In this document: piece after piece, positions 28,481 through 41,328 of the stretch
Position numbering within the stretch: the stretch's first letter is position 1
Layout: the number at the start of each line of letters is the position of its first letter
Assembly (NCBI GenBank): GCA_000004695.1
Contig: CM000151.3
Location: 2,560,001 to 2,624,000, forward strand
Reading direction: 5' to 3'
From: Dictyostelium discoideum
Taxonomy: Eukaryota
DNA length: 64,000 nt
Notes under the pieces: model-generated
Database searches by the model: none
The model's input: the letters and a program-made list of their open reading frames with translations, nothing else
What the model was told of the DNA's origin: nothing
Position numbers and translations under genes: made by a program

Positions 28481-30731
28481 ATTATTATTATTATTGTTAT
28501 TGTTGTTGTTTTTTATAATTTTAAATTTGTTACCACCAATTATTAAATTATCGTTTTTAATACTATTATTAATATTGTTATTGTTATTGCTTGTATGTTG
28601 CTTAAATAATGTATGTATACTATTGCTGTTGTTATTACTTTGATTCTTTAACACTACAATTTTTTTTTTTAAAAGGTTTTTAATAGTTTTTTTAATTAAT
28701 ATTACTGCCACTCTCTTTAAAAAAATAAAAAAAAATAAGAATTTTTAAACGATATTAATCTATTTAAAAACTATATTTTTTTTTTTTTTTTTTTTTTTTG
28801 TTTATTTTTTGTTTTTTTGTTTTTTTTTTTTTTTGTTGTCCTAAATGTATTTAATAGTGATAATAATTATTTATGTATAATATTTAAAGATTATATATAT
28901 TTAATTATTATTATTATTATTATTATTATTTTAATTATTTAATTATTTAATTTTTTTTTAATTATTATTTATTTATTAAAAAGGGTATTTTTGAATGGGT
29001 GAAAGTGGTATGTATAGTGTGTGTGTGTGAGTGGGTGAGTGGGTAAACAAAACAAATAAAAAAAATGGGATTAAAAAAAAAAAAAATTTAAAAAAAATTA
29101 AAAAAAAAAAATTTTTTATATTAAAAAAAAATAAAAATAAAAAAAAAAAACTTAATTAAAAAAAAAAAAAAAAAACAAAAAACAAAAAAAATAATAAAAA
29201 AATAAAAAAAAAATAAAAAAAATAAAATAAAGAATTGTTTATTCACTTGGAAATATTCTTAGAATGTTTAAATAAAAAAAATAATTAATGATTAACAAAT
29301 AAATAAACTTGATTAAAGATTATTTTCTTTTAATATTTTTTTTTTTTTTTTTTATTTTCCAATTTACCCAAAATGCATACATGCATGTGTGAATAAAATA
29401 AAATAATTTAAACAAAATATACTGTAATACAAAAGTAGTAAATATGATTTGAGTTTACTTTTTTTTTTTTTTTTACTGTTATTTCTTTTTTTTTTTGATA
29501 ATGAAAATTTGTATAATTAATAAATTTCTTTTTTAATAATTATTATTTTAAAAAAATTAAAATTATTTATTTTTTTAATTTATATTAATTTTTAATTAAT
29601 TATTTTCTATTTTTATTTGATTATTATTATTTTTTTTAATTTTAACTTAATTTAATATTATATTATCCTTTTTTAATTTAATTATAAAATAATTATTTAT
29701 TTTTACTATTTATTTTTTTTATATTTTTTAAATAATATACTGGAATGGAAAAAATAAATTAAAAATACAAATTGAAAACCAAAAAAAAAAAAAATCAATG
29801 TATAAAAAAAAAAAAAAAAACAATAAATTAAATTAATAATAATGCTCCCACCCAGAGACAAAAAAAAAAAAAAAAAATTAAAAAAAAAAAAAATTAAAAA
29901 TAAATAATGGCGATTGTGATTTGATTGCCTAATTCTATCAAAAAATTCTAAAATTAACTTTATCTCCAAGAATTTATTTTTAAAACACTATTCTAATAAT
30001 AATAATTTTTTTATTTTTTTTTATTATTTATTTTTTTTTTAATTCAATCGCACATTAAGTGAAATCTTATGATTTTGATTTTTTACTATGTACAGCAAAA
30101 TAACAACAACTATGATGTTTTAATTTATCTTCGTACAACCTTCTGAGATTTTAAAGATTTAAAAATTATAAAAATAAATAAAAAAATAAAAAATAATAAA
30201 ACTTATTAGTTTTATTATTATTATTTTTTTTTTTTTTTTTTTTTTTTATTATTTTTTAAGAATTTATATAAATTTATATAGTTTTATTAATTTTTTTTTT
30301 TTTTTTTTGTTATTTTCCATATTTTTCCTTTAGAATTCCATCTATATTATATAGATATATAAATATAAATGAAGAACTCTAAAGGTTTAATTATGGTAAA
30401 TAGCAGAATAAAAAAATAAAATAAAATAAAAAAACTAAAATTATAAAAAAAATAAAAAATAATTATTAATAATGTCTTACTAAATATTTTAACAAAAAAT
30501 ATACAATTGTTTTTTTTATTTTTTTATTAATTTATTTTTTTTTATTTAATTTTTCCTTTTTTTTTTTTTTTTTTTTATTTTTCAAAAAATTTTCAAAAAA
30601 ATAAAAAAAAAATAAAAAAAAAATAAAAAAAAAATAAAAAAAATATTTTTTTTTTTTATTTTTATTTTTTAAAAAAACTATTAAAAATTTTTTTTTTTTT
30701 TTATTGTACAATTATCAAATAATTAATAATA

Positions 30732-31358
30732 ATGGCAGGTGGAAAGAGAGGTGGTAAAGTAGCACCAACCAAAACATTTGGTCGTGATTATGAAAGAAGT
30801 AAAGGAAAAATTAGTCGTGATCGTGTTTATGATGAAGAGGATATTATAAAGAGAAATCAAGAAAGCGATAGTGATGATAATTCTGGTTCTGAATCAGGTT
30901 CAGAAAATGAAACAAAAAATAATAATAATAAAAGTAAATTAGGTAGTGATTCAAGTGATGATGAACCAGTCATTGTCTCTAGAAATCCAAATGCCAAAAA
31001 ACCAGCAGCTAAAAGACCACCAACCACTAAAAAACAACAAGAGAGCGATAGTGAAGACGATTCAGATAAAGAAAGTGATAGTGAAGACGAAATCGCTAAT
31101 CCAAATAGAATGAAACAAGTTACTAAAAAACTAAGTGAAATCAATGTAAACGCTAAAGTTGAACTTTCACGTAGAGAAAAAGAAGAACTCGCAAGACAAG
31201 CCGCAACTCAAAGACAAAACGAAAAACAACAAAAAAGTGATCTCGAAAGATTACAAGTCATAAGAAAACAAAGAGAAGAAGCAGCAAAACGTAAAGAAGA
31301 AGAGAAAAAAGCAAATGAAGAAAAAATGGCCGAACGTAGAAGATTAGGTTTAGCTTAA
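30732..31358 (+). CDS. PDAP1/HASPP28-like 28 kDa heat- and acid-stable phosphoprotein homolog (208 aa).
   Basis: MAGGKRGGKVAPTKTFGRDYE, then acidic Ser clusters SDSDDNSGSESGSE and SDSEDDSDKESDSEDE that look like CK2 sites. Then NPNRMKQ..LSRREKEELARQ and a Lys/Glu-rich coiled tail ending RRRLGLA*. TAA at 31356-31358. Confidence 0.7.
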   Translation: MAGGKRGGKVAPTKTFGRDYERSKGKISRDRVYDEEDIIKRNQESDSDDNSGSESGSENETKNNNNKSKLGSDSSDDEPVIVSRNPNAKKPAAKRPPTTKKQQESDSEDDSDKESDSEDEIANPNRMKQVTKKLSEINVNAKVELSRREKEELARQAATQRQNEKQQKSDLERLQVIRKQREEAAKRKEEEKKANEEKMAERRRLGLA

Positions 31359-31481
31359 ACAAATTATAATTAATTTCCTTTTTCCACAAAAAATAAATAA
31401 AAAAAAAAAAAAAACAAAATATAAAAAAAAAAAAAAAAGTAATAAATAGTTATTTGATAATAATAACATTTATTTTTTTAT

Positions 31482-33219
31482 TTATAATTCATCATGAACT
31501 TTATGATCATCTTCAAATTGTTGTTCCTCAGCACCATCATTTTGGAATTGAGATTCTTCTTTTTGTTGTTGTTGTTGTTCTTTTTGTTCTTTTTGTTTTT
31601 GATCTTTTTCATCAGTTGAATTTGATTTACCTTTTGAAGATTTTGAAGATTTATCTTTTTTAGAGGAGGATGGTTTAACAGGTTTCTTTTTCTTTTTTAA
31701 AATTTCTTTAATTGTTCTTTCTAAATCATAAAGTTTAAATTTAATATCAAAAGAGGAAGTTTGTAAATCTTTTGAATAATCAGCTAATTTGAATTCAGAT
31801 TTCTTTTCTTGTACCCAATCGGAAACGGATTGAATTTTATCAGTAGTTTCTTTTAATTCCTCAGCGGTTACATTTAAATCCTTTGAAGCGATTTCAAACA
31901 TTGGTTTAACTTTATCAACAGTGTCTTCCAACTCTTCCAATGCGACAGGTACCAATTGGTATTGAGAGACACGGTTAACGATTTTGTCAGCTTTCTTTTT
32001 AATATCTTTCAATTGTTTACGGTATTCCTCGGTTTCAGTATTATCATTATCCAAAGCATCCGATAACCATGCAGATGTTTTATCCAATTCTTCAACCAAT
32101 TGATCTCTCTCTTGTTGAGTTGAACATTTCAAATATTCTTCATTAGATTCCAATTTATCTTTAGTTTCATAAATAAATGATTCTAAATTATTTCTCTCTT
32201 GTCTTAATTCTCTTAAAATTCTATCAACTTGATCCAATTTATTAATTCTATCATTACTTTCTTGACTTAATTCCTTTGATAATGGTTCAACACAACCATT
32301 ATATTTAATTGTGAAATTTAATGGTACTCTAATTGTTTTTTGAATATATTCAATAACTTTTTCAACAACTACAACTTCTTCTTCCTCTTCTTTTTCTTGT
32401 TGTTGTTGTTGTTTGGTTGTAGTTTCATCAGTAGTTTCTTCACTACCACCATCAGTTGTTTCAATTGTGGTGGTATTCTTTTTAGTTGTGCTTGTTGATG
32501 AGGATGTTTTATTTTGTTGTGGTTGTGGTTTAATTAATGAAACGGTGATTTCAGCTTCAGCTTTCTCTAAAACAACTATACCGCTAGTGGTTAAACGGAA
32601 AGAACAATGAATCTTTGGTTTACCAGTGAAATTATATTTTTCACCTGGTGTTGGTACATTTGAAACTGTATAAGTTGCTAATGGATTATTAATTGTTGGA
32701 TTATTTAAAAATAATGAAAATCCATTCTCTGATGAAAATGAAACAGTTTTCTTTATACCTAATTTTGAATTAACTTTAAATAATTGAATTTTTTTATCCT
32801 TTAATCCGCCTTGGTTAATAGTTGGTTGTTGTTGTTGTTGTTGTTCATTACCACTATTATTTAATTCATTATCTTCATTATCTTCAGTTTCTTCTAATAA
32901 AGTTTCACCAGCACCGCCACTATTAATTATATTATTATTAATTTCAACATCAACTGAATTTAATAAAATATCTTTAAGTTTAATTTCTTTAACTTTAAAA
33001 TAATGTGTTAAACTTGCTGCATAAAATGCAGCACCATTTGACATTGCTTCATCACCATTTAAATGTTTATCTAATGTATCTCTCTTTAAGTAATCTTTTA
33101 ATGCTTGTTGAATAAATGGAATTCTAACACCACCACCAATAACTTCAAAATATTCAATATCTTTCTATAATAAATAAATAAATAAACAAATATATTTAAT
33201 ATTAGTACTGTTAACAGTA

Positions 33220-33299
<80 letters not shown>

Positions 33300-33680
33300 T
33301 AATAAAATGAAGTGTATGAACAACACATACTAATTTAATACCAGTTGAAAGAATTAATTTTTTTAGTGGTAATAATGAACGTTCAATTAATGATTGTGAT
33401 AATTCTTCAAATTGTTGTTTTGAAATGGTTGCTTGGAAATCATGATCATCAACTAAACTACCAATAAAGATTTGAGCTTGTTGATTTACGCTAAGATTTT
33501 CTTTCATTTTTCCAACTTCTTTTAATAATTTAATTGTAATCTTAATATCATCAACATTGGCTGATGGAATTTGTTTCTTTAATAATGTTTTCAAATGATT
33601 TACAATTACCATATCAAAATCAAATCCACCTAATTTTTCATCCCATTCAATACCTTTAACTGATGCTGATGCTATAATTA

Positions 33681-33718
<38 letters not shown>

Positions 33719-34387
33719 AAAAATAAAAAAAAAATTAATAAATAATAAAAAAAAAAAAAAAAAAAAAAATGGGTGATTTGAAATTATACTTACAAACTGT
33801 TTTATTCTTTTTGACACCTTTGATTTGTTCATTATGAGATTCAAATTCAACTAATGATACAGAGGTATGTCTTGCACCCATATCGTAAAAGATAACGGAC
33901 TCATTCTTTTCTAAGAAAGTACGATCCATTGCAAATGATAATGCAGCTGCATTGACATCATGAATTAATGATAAAACATTTAATCCTGCTAATTGAGCAG
34001 CATCCAATAATGCTTGTCTTTGTTGTTGTGTAAAGTAAGGTGGAATTGTGATTGCACAATCCTTGATTGATGAACCTGCATATGACGATGCCATATCCTT
34101 AACTCTTCTTAATAACATACCTGTCAATTCCTCTGCTGAATAATTGGTATCATCATCGTATACAATTGAAACTGTATTTCTAACAGTATCATTCTTTACC
34201 TTAAATCCTAATGGTAATCCATTACTAATCTCTTCAACTAATCCTTCTTTATATTTAATACCTAAAAATGCTTGAATTAAATTATAATTTTGTTTTGGAT
34301 TTCTAGCCCACTAAAAATTAAATTAAAATAAATAAATAAAAAAAATAAATATAAAAATAAATAAAAATATTTTGGATTGTGTAAGTT

Positions 34388-34458
<71 letters not shown>

Positions 34459-34701
34459 TACAACACTAAATGAATCAGAAGAAAATAATCTTTCATCTTT
34501 AAACCAACCAACAGATGAAATTGTTTTTCTACCAGATTGTTCATTTAAAACGGTTTCAAATGCACCTGGTTTAATTAATGATACTTTAAATGTTTGTGAA
34601 CCTAAATCAATACCAATAACCATTGAATTTGCTGTTGTAGCTAATAAACCTAATACAACTACAAAAAATAATGATAAAAATATTTTTATATTTTTAACCA
34701 T
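31482..34701 (-). CDS. ER-lumenal Hsp70-superfamily chaperone of the GRP170/HYOU1 (Lhs1) type, about 925 aa; join(31482..33164,33331..33671,33794..34310,34462..34701).
   Basis: Signal peptide [26 protein letters not shown], then the Hsp70 NBD start [16 protein letters not shown]. Downstream are [55 protein letters not shown] and [20 protein letters not shown], followed by a long acidic/helical C-terminal extension and the ER-retention tetrapeptide HDEL*. Splice sites, all on the complement strand, are GTATGT at 34461, TTTTAG before 34310, a phase-1 GTAAGT at 33793, TTATAG before 33671, GTATGT at 33330 and TTATAG before 33164. Confidence 0.8.
33223..33300. repeat. (ATA)n microsatellite inside an intron of the GRP170-like gene.
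   Basis: Read directly. A second (ATT)12 tract is at 33680-33716 in the next intron. Confidence 0.85.
34390..34455. repeat. Uninterrupted T66 homopolymer. On the transcribed minus strand it is A66, inside intron 1 of the GRP170-like gene.
   Basis: Read directly. It is flanked by the GTATGT donor (34461..34456, complement) and lies about 80 nt upstream of the acceptor at 34311-34312. Confidence 0.9.
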
Positions 34702-35002
34702 TTTTTATATATATATTTATTTATAAATACAAATTTATAAATTGTAATTAATTCTCAAAAAAAAAAAATAAAAAAAACAAAAAAAATAAAAAATAAAAAA
34801 AAAGTGGGTGATCTGCTTCAAAATAAAAAAAAAATAAAAAAAAAATATAAAAAAAAAAAAAAAAAAACTTGTCATCCAAAACGATGACGAGGATCCAATT
34901 TATTTATTTTGCAAAAAAATAAAAACCTGGAAAATTCTTAGTTTATGAGTCATTATCCATTTTTAATATTTTTTTTTAATCACTAAGTAAATATTTAAAA
35001 TT

Positions 35003-35042
<40 letters not shown>

Positions 35043-35095
35043 ATATTAAATTTAAAAAAAAAAGTAAAATTAATTTAATTTATTTATTTATTTTA

Positions 35096-35228
35096 TTATT
35101 TTTTGACAATAATTCCAACTTCATCAATTATTAAATTAAAATCAATTTGTTGATTCTTTTTTTTATCATCCTCATTGTTCTTATTATTATTATTATTACT
35201 ACTATCAAAATTATTATTATTATTATTA

Positions 35229-35263
<35 letters not shown>

Positions 35264-35856
35264 ATTATTATTATTATTATTATTTATTATTTTTTTTTTT
35301 TTATAATTTGAATTTCTTTTTGAGGTGAAAAAATTTTTTATAAAAGTTAGAGTTTGCATAGGTATATGAATTCTTGGACCAGAATTTTTAATTCCATATT
35401 CAATTTCTTCACTAACTAAACGACAATGTATTTCAGTGGCAAATCTCATTGAATGTGAAGCTAATTCCATATGACCCATTGAAATGAGACGAACGATAAT
35501 AGAGTTAAATATTGGTGAACTTGAATCCCAAAGTGTAATTGGCTCTTTCGAGAGTGAAAATATACCTTGTGTAAAATTTGATTTTATAAGATTAGCATAA
35601 AATTCATCATCGAAAACTATAGCTCTAATGAGTTTTTTCGAATGACATTGAATTAATTCAAAGTATGCTTTTTTGTCATGATCCTTTAAAAATTGAATTC
35701 CTAATAAAAATGTTTTTCCATTCTTTATAATTCCCGTTCTAGCTTGATTTTCCAATTCTTGATAAACCATTTTAACACTTTCTTGAGAAATAGCTTTCTC
35801 TAAATTATAGTCTGCTATTTCTCTAGGTATTTTATTTGAATAATCTGCTAAATCAT

Positions 35857-35891
<35 letters not shown>

Positions 35892-35901
35892 TTTTCATTA
35901 A

Positions 35902-35971
<70 letters not shown>

Positions 35972-36702
35972 TTCATTAGTTATAAAATCAATATAAAAAT
36001 CATTTTCATCATTTTTATTATTTAACATTTCTTTATATTCATTAAATTGTTTGACTGATAGGCCTTCTCTTTTATTTAAAATATTATTTTTAATTGCACC
36101 ATTTAGTGTTTCATCATCTAAAGTTTGTAATTTTTTAATAAATAATTTTGGTGAACTTGGGCCAAGTGTTTTAGTTTTTAATTTATAAATTTCATTTTCT
36201 ACACCTGCTTCACCTACACCTACACCTACACCTGTACCTGCTTCACCTATTCCTACAACTCCTTCACTATTATTGTTATTATTATTACTGTTATTATTAT
36301 AATTATTATTATTTTTTTTTAAATATTTTTTTTCAAATCTACTATCTAAAAATAATTCTAAACGTGATAACCAAAGTAATTCTAATGATGAATAATTATT
36401 TGATTGTTGATTACGATGATAAAGTAAGAAATATTCAATGATAGTTTGAGATGGTTTAATATTTTGTGGATGTAAAAATATTTCACCATACCAATGTAAT
36501 GCTAAATCATAACGGTCGAGGAATAATAGATAATTGATGATAGTACCATAGATTCTATTTAATATTGGTTCACTTGACAATGTGTGTATCTTTTTTCTAA
36601 AAATTGAAAATAGTTCATCATAATTATTTAATTGACAATAGATTATAAATGTTGCAAATGTATGACTTGCTAAATAATCTGTATCAGTATTACTCTTTAT
36701 TA

Positions 36703-36750
<48 letters not shown>

Positions 36751-37376
36751 TATTATTACTATTGTTACTATTGTTATTGTTGTTGTTGCTATCATCAATA
36801 AAAGATGATTTTAAAAGATTTTGTGAACCCCAACTTTTATAAAATAATGAAAAGAAAGTATCTAAACGATTCATATCATTCTTTTTAACACATAAATCCA
36901 ATATAGCAAATTGCATTTTATTATTTAATAGGAAATCAGATTTATCACTTATTTGAGTAATTATTGGCATTACATTTTCAAGTAAACCTTTTTTAACTGT
37001 TTTTGATAATATTTCATAATGAATTTCAAAAGTTGGTGAATACTTTGTACAATAATATCCAAATATCCATTCATAGATTGGTTTTTGTTCAGCTCTAATT
37101 AATATTACCATTAAATTCTTATAAAAATTACTAATTGATGTAATTGGTAATGGTTTGTTATGTAAAAGTGTTTTATTATTATTATTATTATAATTATTAT
37201 AATTATTATTTTCATTTTCTTCACATTCATAAATATTACGTTTTTGAAATCCTGAAATAACTTTTGGCATTCTATTTTCAGGCATTCTAATTTCTAATAT
37301 CTTTTCAACAGATAATAAGAATTCTATTAATTCTAAATGTGAATCTGGTTGAGTATTTTCACTAATATTATTATTA

Positions 37377-37459
<83 letters not shown>

Positions 37460-37849
37460 TTGTTGTTGTTGTTCTTTATTAAATAATTTAATTAAAAACT
37501 CTGTATTAAAATGAAATCCAATAGGATTGCAATTACGCAATAATTTTGAATTTTGTAAATGATCTAAAAGAATTTGTTTACAAAGATCAATTTGATTTGT
37601 ATCTGTATAATATTGTTGAAATTTATCAAGTAAATTAAGTTCGAAACGATTTGGGTACTTTGTATTCAATGCTTTTTTATATAAATCAAGTGCAATCTCA
37701 TGATTACCCAATGCTAATTGACATGATATATATGAAATTGCAAGTTCATTATTATCTTTTTTCCCTGAATCAATATAAGATTTAATATTTGGTTCTACCA
37801 CACTTAACCAAAATCTTAATTTTTTAATTACATCTTCTTTTAATGTAAT

Positions 37850-37943
<94 letters not shown>

Positions 37944-38634
37944 CGTTCATTTTCTTTGTTTATAATTTTATTTAATCTATTTGTATAAAAATCTAAAATG
38001 ATTTTATATGATTCACTATTTAAATTTGAGGTTGATTTTTTTAATAATTCTTTGCTATCATCAACAGATATTTCGGTTGATAAAATTTCTTCAAAATGCA
38101 AAACATAGTTATGTCTTAAAAAAAAAAATAAAAATGGATTAATAGCACCTGGATGTTGAGGAAATTTAACAAATCTAACTTTTTTATATAAATCTAAAAC
38201 TTCTCTAACTCCAATTAAATCTTTTTCTAAATAACTTGAAAAACTATATATATAAATTTTTAATATTTTTTAGTTTTTTTATTAAATTTATTAAATTTAT
38301 TTATTTATACATACTTATATGGTGTTATTTCTGAATCTAATAAAATTGAAGTTGCTAAAGTTGATTTAATTTTTGTATATTTTGTTTTTTTATTCTTTTG
38401 AGTAATAGTTTTTGGTGGTTGAGATGAAATTTCATCTTTTATTTCTTTTGGATTTATAAATGATTCATTGAATTTATTAATGGATCTAGTTTTAACATTT
38501 TCACTTGGTTTCCATTTTAAAGTTGGTTTGGCTGCATTTTGTAAATCAGGAGATTCTGCTGTAAAACTTCTAATGATATTTAAGTGAGTAGGTTTGATTG
38601 AACAGATCCTATTTGCATATCTTATGCCAATCAT
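35096..38634 (-). CDS. Large helical-repeat (PPR/TPR-like) protein with an N-terminal presequence that looks like a mitochondrial targeting signal, about 1155 aa; join(35096..38243,38315..38634).
   Basis: ATG at 38634 (complement) with MIGIRYANRICSIKPTHLNIIRSF, which is Arg-rich with no acidic residues. A phase-2 GTATGT donor is at 38314 and a TATAG acceptor before 38243, giving a 71-nt intron. The body contains repeated ~35-aa amphipathic helical pairs (e.g. ISYISCQLALGNHEIALDLYKKALNTKYP, YGTIINYLLFLDRYDLALHWYGEIF). These are interrupted by poly-Q (from (CAA)n 37851-37944) and several poly-N tracts. A (GT)16 microsatellite abuts the start codon. Confidence 0.6.
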
Positions 38635-38642
38635 TATTGAAT

Positions 38643-38644
<2 letters not shown>

Positions 38645-38676
<32 letters not shown>
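38645..38676. repeat. (GT)16 dinucleotide microsatellite 11 nt upstream of the ATG at 38634 on the minus strand (AC repeat on the gene strand).
   Basis: Read directly. Confidence 0.9.
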
Positions 38677-38679
<3 letters not shown>

Positions 38680-38773
38680 TTTTTGAAAATTTATTTAAAT
38701 TGAAAATTTAAGAGGTGAACGTTTTTTTGGTTTATTTATTTTTTGGATTGGAAAAAAACGAAAAAAAAAAACG

Positions 38774-38804
<31 letters not shown>

Positions 38805-39293
38805 AAAAATAAATAAATGAATATAATTTAATTGTTTTTTTATTTTTGAAGCATTTTGTGTGTCTATACTAAGTTCATATTAAAAATAAAATCATTGTTA
38901 CAAATAAAACTAATTAAAAAATTAAAAATAAAATGAAATGTGAAGTTCAAAAGTTTCAAAAAAAAAAAATTTCTTCTAATTTTAATTTAAACCAAAAATT
39001 TTATTTTTTGTAATTGTTTTATGTAAAAAAAAAATAAAAAAAATGAAAATCAGAAATTTATAAGTTTTTTATTTTAAAGAATATTTAGTAGGTAATAAAA
39101 AATAGATTTTTTTTTAAAAAAAAAAAAAAATATGGACAAAATAAATATTTATTTTTTTCAAATGTTTTTGATAAAAAAAAAAAAAAAAAAGATTTTGAAT
39201 ATTGAAGAATTTACTATAAAAAAAGAAATGTAAGGTGAAGTGTATAAAAAGTAACAAAGAGTAAAAAAGTGGCAAAGATATTTTTTCCTAAAC

Positions 39294-39336
<43 letters not shown>

Positions 39337-39716
39337 ATAACTTTGTGAAGTGTTGTTCGAAGGACACAGAAATACACATTGGCTTCAATCGAATTTTTGG
39401 ACTATATATAAAAAAAAAAAAAAAAAATTTACTAATTGTATTTTTTTTTTATTTTTTTTTTTAATTATTTTTTTTTCCAAAACGATGTGTGATCACTCCG
39501 TTTTTAATTTTTATAATGTTTTTTTTTTAACTTTGGCGATGTGTTTTTTAAGTGTTTTTATTCCAATTTTCAATTTCTATTTTTGTATTTAAATTGAATT
39601 TTACAAACCATTTTTTTTTTTTTTTTCACCCCTTTTATGATTATAATTGTTTTATAATTTATCATCAAAAAAAAAAAATATATATATATATATATATTGG
39701 TAAAAGAATAATAAAA

Positions 39717-40921
39717 ATGTCTTTAGTACCACCAAATTTTTTAACTTTAAATGTTTGCCAAGATGCTTTTAATAATTTATTTTCATTATATTTTTCAGAA
39801 CATGATCATGACCATGAAGAAGATGGTGGTGGTGGTCATGAAGGACATATACATGCAGGTGTTTCATGTGAAGAAGATCCAGATAAACAATATAGTAGAC
39901 CGATACATATTGCAGCGATTTTCATTATTTTGGCTTGTTCCATTTTTGGTACAGTTATTCCAATTGTTGCCACTCATGTTAAAAAATTAAGAATTCCAAG
40001 ATATGCTATTATCGTTGGTAAATCAATTGGTATTGGTGTAGTTTTATCATGCGCTCTCATTCATATGTTATTACCAGCAGTTGTTGCACTTGGATCTGAC
40101 TGTTTACCAGATTCCTGGCATGAAGGATATGAAGCTTATCCTTACCTTTTTGCATTGTTAGCTGGTATTGTCATGCAATTTATCGATTTTACAGTTCTCC
40201 AATATTTAACCCACAAAGAACAAAAAAAATCAATGTCATTAGATTCATCAACCAAAACAGACAATTCATTAAAAGAAGTCCATACCACTGGAAATGTTGA
40301 AAATTGTCATGGCAGCCATGTTCATGGAGGTCTTTTAATGGATCCAGCTGCTTTAAAAACTATTGAAGCTTATTTATTGGAATTTGGTATTACAGTTCAT
40401 TCAGTTTTCATTGGTTTGGCTGTTGGTGTTGTTGATGATAAAATTTTAAAAGGTAAATTAATTAATAAACACAAAAAACTAATTATAATAATTAAATATT
40501 TATTTTTATTTTTATTTTTATTTTTATTTTTATTTTAGCATTATTGGTTGCATTAGCTTTCCACCAATTTTTTGAAGGTGTTGCACTTGGTTCAAGAATA
40601 GCAGACGCTAAATTAACATCACACTGGCATGAAGCTTTGTTGACTGCAATTTTCTCTTTTTCAGCTCCAGTTGGTATTGCGATTGGTGTTGGTGTTGCCT
40701 CAACACTCAATGTAAATGGTGCAACCTATTTAATTGTTCAAGGTGTTTTCGATAGTGTTTGCGCTGGTATTTTACTTTACATTGGTTTTTCTTTAATGAT
40801 CAAGGATTTCCCAGAAGATATGGAACAATTATGTAAAGGTAAAAAATTTGAATATTTATTACGTGCTGGTTTATTTATCGGTCTTTGGCTTGGCGCAGCT
40901 ATGATGGCTTTTATAGGAAAA

Positions 40922-40930
<9 letters not shown>
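39717..40930 (+). CDS. ZIP (Zrt/Irt-like) family divalent metal transporter, about 375 aa; join(39717..40452,40539..40930).
   Basis: MSLVPPNF.., then a His-rich N-terminal loop HDHDHEEDGGGGHEGHIH. Transmembrane segments follow, with the ZIP signature HSVFIGLAVG in TM4 and HQFFEGVALG in TM5. The two signatures are separated by a phase-1 intron (GTAAAT donor at 40453, TTTTAG acceptor ending 40538) that contains an (ATTTTT)n tract. TAA at 40928-40930. Confidence 0.8.
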
Positions 40931-40961
<31 letters not shown>

Positions 40962-41295
40962 ATTTTAAATTTAGTTTTAGGTAGGACAAAAACTAAAAAA
41001 AAAAAAAAAAGAAAATATTAAAAAATAAAAAAGAAAATGTAAAAAAATTAAAAAATTGTAAAGAATTAAGAAGTAATAATGATCATATATTTCTGGATTT
41101 TTAAAATTTTAAAAAAATAAAAAAATAAAAAAATAAAAATCCAAGTTTTAAAAATAATAAAGTTTTAAGTTATTATTATATAACTCCAATTTGTTTTACA
41201 AATTTTATAACCACTATTTTTTAAAGAAAATGAAAAATCAGATTATTAAAATCTTTATAAAAAACTCAGGGAATTATGATTTTTAATAATAATAT

Positions 41296-41328
<33 letters not shown>

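Noticed and set aside
28480-28711. Extending the PTP CDS to the track start at 28711.
   Set aside because: Position 28711 is GTG, not ATG. The upstream 88 codons are Asn/Lys-rich low-complexity with no in-frame ATG. The first ATG at 28480 gives a 522-aa product. An extension via an unseen 5' exon is kept as a possibility.
33211-33850. Track ORFs 33211-33612, 33656-33850 and 33735-34127 treated as independent genes; also 31454-31663 (+) and 33098-33328 (-).
   Set aside because: These are exons of the single GRP170-like gene read through into introns, or intron/antisense ORFs. The Hsp70 homology is continuous only after splicing at the canonical sites listed.
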